NCBI GenBank assembly: GCA_963707305.1
Contig: CAVPPZ010000012.1
Span: forward strand, 378,370 to 442,369
Reading direction: 5' to 3'
Source of the DNA: an uncultured Candidatus Rokubacteria bacterium
Lineage (GTDB): Bacteria > Methylomirabilota > Methylomirabilia > Rokubacteriales > CSP1-6
Length of the DNA stretch: 64,000 bases
Shown here one piece after another: positions 63,006 to 64,000 of this stretch. A program made the translations under genes and the position numbers. The notes beneath the pieces are model-generated. The model made no database searches. It saw nothing but the letters and a program-made list of their open reading frames with translations, and had not been told where the DNA came from. Numbering within the stretch: position 1 is the stretch's first letter; the number at the start of each line of letters is the position of its first letter.

Positions 63006-64000
63006 TCGAAAAGCTCGTCGAACAGCTGTTGAAGGAGCTCGGAGAGGATCCGCATCGCGAAGGTCTCCAGAAGACGCCGGAGCGCGTGGCGAAGGCGCTG
63101 GAGTACCTGACGTCGGGCTACGACAAGAACGTCGACGAGGTGCTCAACGACGCGCTGTTCGTCGAGGACTACGACGAGATGGTGGTCGTCAAGGACATCG
63201 ACTTCTTCTCGCTGTGCGTGCCCAGCAAGCAGATCGTCAACGCCGTGGATGGCGCGAAGCCTGCGCGACTGGTGAACGTCGGTGACCGACTGTGGACCCT
63301 GCACCAGGGATTCATGAAGGAAACGACGGTCACGTCGATCACGGCGCGGAAAACGCGGGAGATCGTCGAGGTCATTACGTCCGGTGGCGTCTTCCGTCTC
63401 ACGCCCGATCATCCGCTCATGACGGCCGAAGGCTGGCGTGAGGCACGAGATCTCAAGCCGGATGACCAGGTCGAGTGGATCAATCCGAAGTCGCTGTGTC
63501 GCGAGCGCTATCGTCCGCAGCCGGGCTACGCGACGGGATACGTCATTGGCGCCGTGGCGGCTGACGGCAGCATCCAAGACGGCCGCCGCATCGCGGTCGT
63601 CATCAAGAGCGAAAGCTTCGCCGAGAAGTACTGCTCCATGCTTACTCAGGCGTTTCCCCCCTTGGCTCCCTCGATCGAGCGCGTGAAAGTGCCGTCCGGC
63701 TTCCATGGGCACGAGATCCCCATGTTTCGTGTCCGCACGGTGTCTCGGTCGATCGGCGAGAAACTCTGCCGCTGGCTCGGAGTCTCGGAGGAAGGTTCGC
63801 GAAGCAAGACGAGGACGTTCCAATTTCCTGATGTCGTGACGTCCTCGCAGGAAATGATGCAGGGTTTCCTCGATGGGTACTGCGACGGCGATGGATCGAA
63901 GGACACGCGACGGGGCGCGCGCATCTTCAGCGCGAATCATGAGTTTGCTTCGAAGCTCGGCCACGCCCTCGGCGTAGCAGTTGGGCGTCATGGAGACTAC
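63002..64000 (+). CDS. folE: GTP cyclohydrolase I (FolE) N-extein followed by an intein; partial, runs off the window
   Basis: GTG overlapping the queD stop. [51 protein letters not shown] matches FolE up to the S-x-CEHH block, then intein sequence. Not in the ORF track because there is no stop before 64000. Confidence 0.8.
   Translation, partial: MIEKLVEQLLKELGEDPHREGLQKTPERVAKALEYLTSGYDKNVDEVLNDALFVEDYDEMVVVKDIDFFSLCVPSKQIVNAVDGAKPARLVNVGDRLWTLHQGFMKETTVTSITARKTREIVEVITSGGVFRLTPDHPLMTAEGWREARDLKPDDQVEWINPKSLCRERYRPQPGYATGYVIGAVAADGSIQDGRRIAVVIKSESFAEKYCSMLTQAFPPLAPSIERVKVPSGFHGHEIPMFRVRTVSRSIGEKLCRWLGVSEEGSRSKTRTFQFPDVVTSSQEMMQGFLDGYCDGDGSKDTRRGARIFSANHEFASKLGHALGVAVGRHGDY
63215..64000 (+). 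mobile_element. intein with LAGLIDADG homing-endonuclease domain (N-terminal ~260 aa visible)
   Basis: Cys1 at 63215; block B-like [10 protein letters not shown] (~63401); LAGLIDADG motifs [13 protein letters not shown] (~63536) and [13 protein letters not shown] (~63860). Confidence 0.75.

Overview
High-GC (roughly 68-70% by eye) bacterial chromosomal segment from a diderm organism; taxon not assignable from sequence alone. I count about 75 protein genes, two tRNAs (Arg-TCG, Met-CAT) and a duplicated 5' half of the tRNA-Arg. Content is mostly housekeeping or metabolic: SDRs and hotdog thioesterases, an MFS transporter, a GldA/F/G-type ABC-2 exporter with a DUF4340 partner, a hybrid histidine kinase, a complete tolQ-tolR-tolA-tolB-pal-ybgF cluster, a ThrC-like/CgeB-like/DHODH-like block, ThyX, SodC with cytochrome c and a cupredoxin, MoxR+VWA, a DUF35+thiolase+SDR set, a di-haem peroxidase, a TcuA-like flavoprotein, UvrA, an NtrC-type activator, a Fur-family (PerR-like) regulator/rubrerythrin/Fe-S/DUF3501 cluster, and queD-folE. 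Most notable observations: (1) folE is interrupted at its zinc-ligand cysteine by a LAGLIDADG-type intein that runs off the window end; (2) two related long nested palindromic repeats share a core, one of them carried in frame inside an Fe-S protein gene; (3) a 64-bp duplication (promoter-like motif plus tRNA-Arg 5' half) brackets a 1.6-kb insert encoding a secreted beta-helix protein; (4) a textbook sigma-54 promoter just downstream of the NtrC-type activator precedes two unknown small ORFs; (5) a 108-aa protein is roughly three-quarters Asp/Glu; (6) more than 50 reading-frame breaks are scattered over otherwise recognisable genes, pointing to consensus indel errors or gene decay. I saw no CRISPR array, integrase, transposase or rRNA. 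All functional calls come from motif recognition by eye on the supplied translations. No database search or computation was run, and many coordinates of frame-broken genes are approximate.
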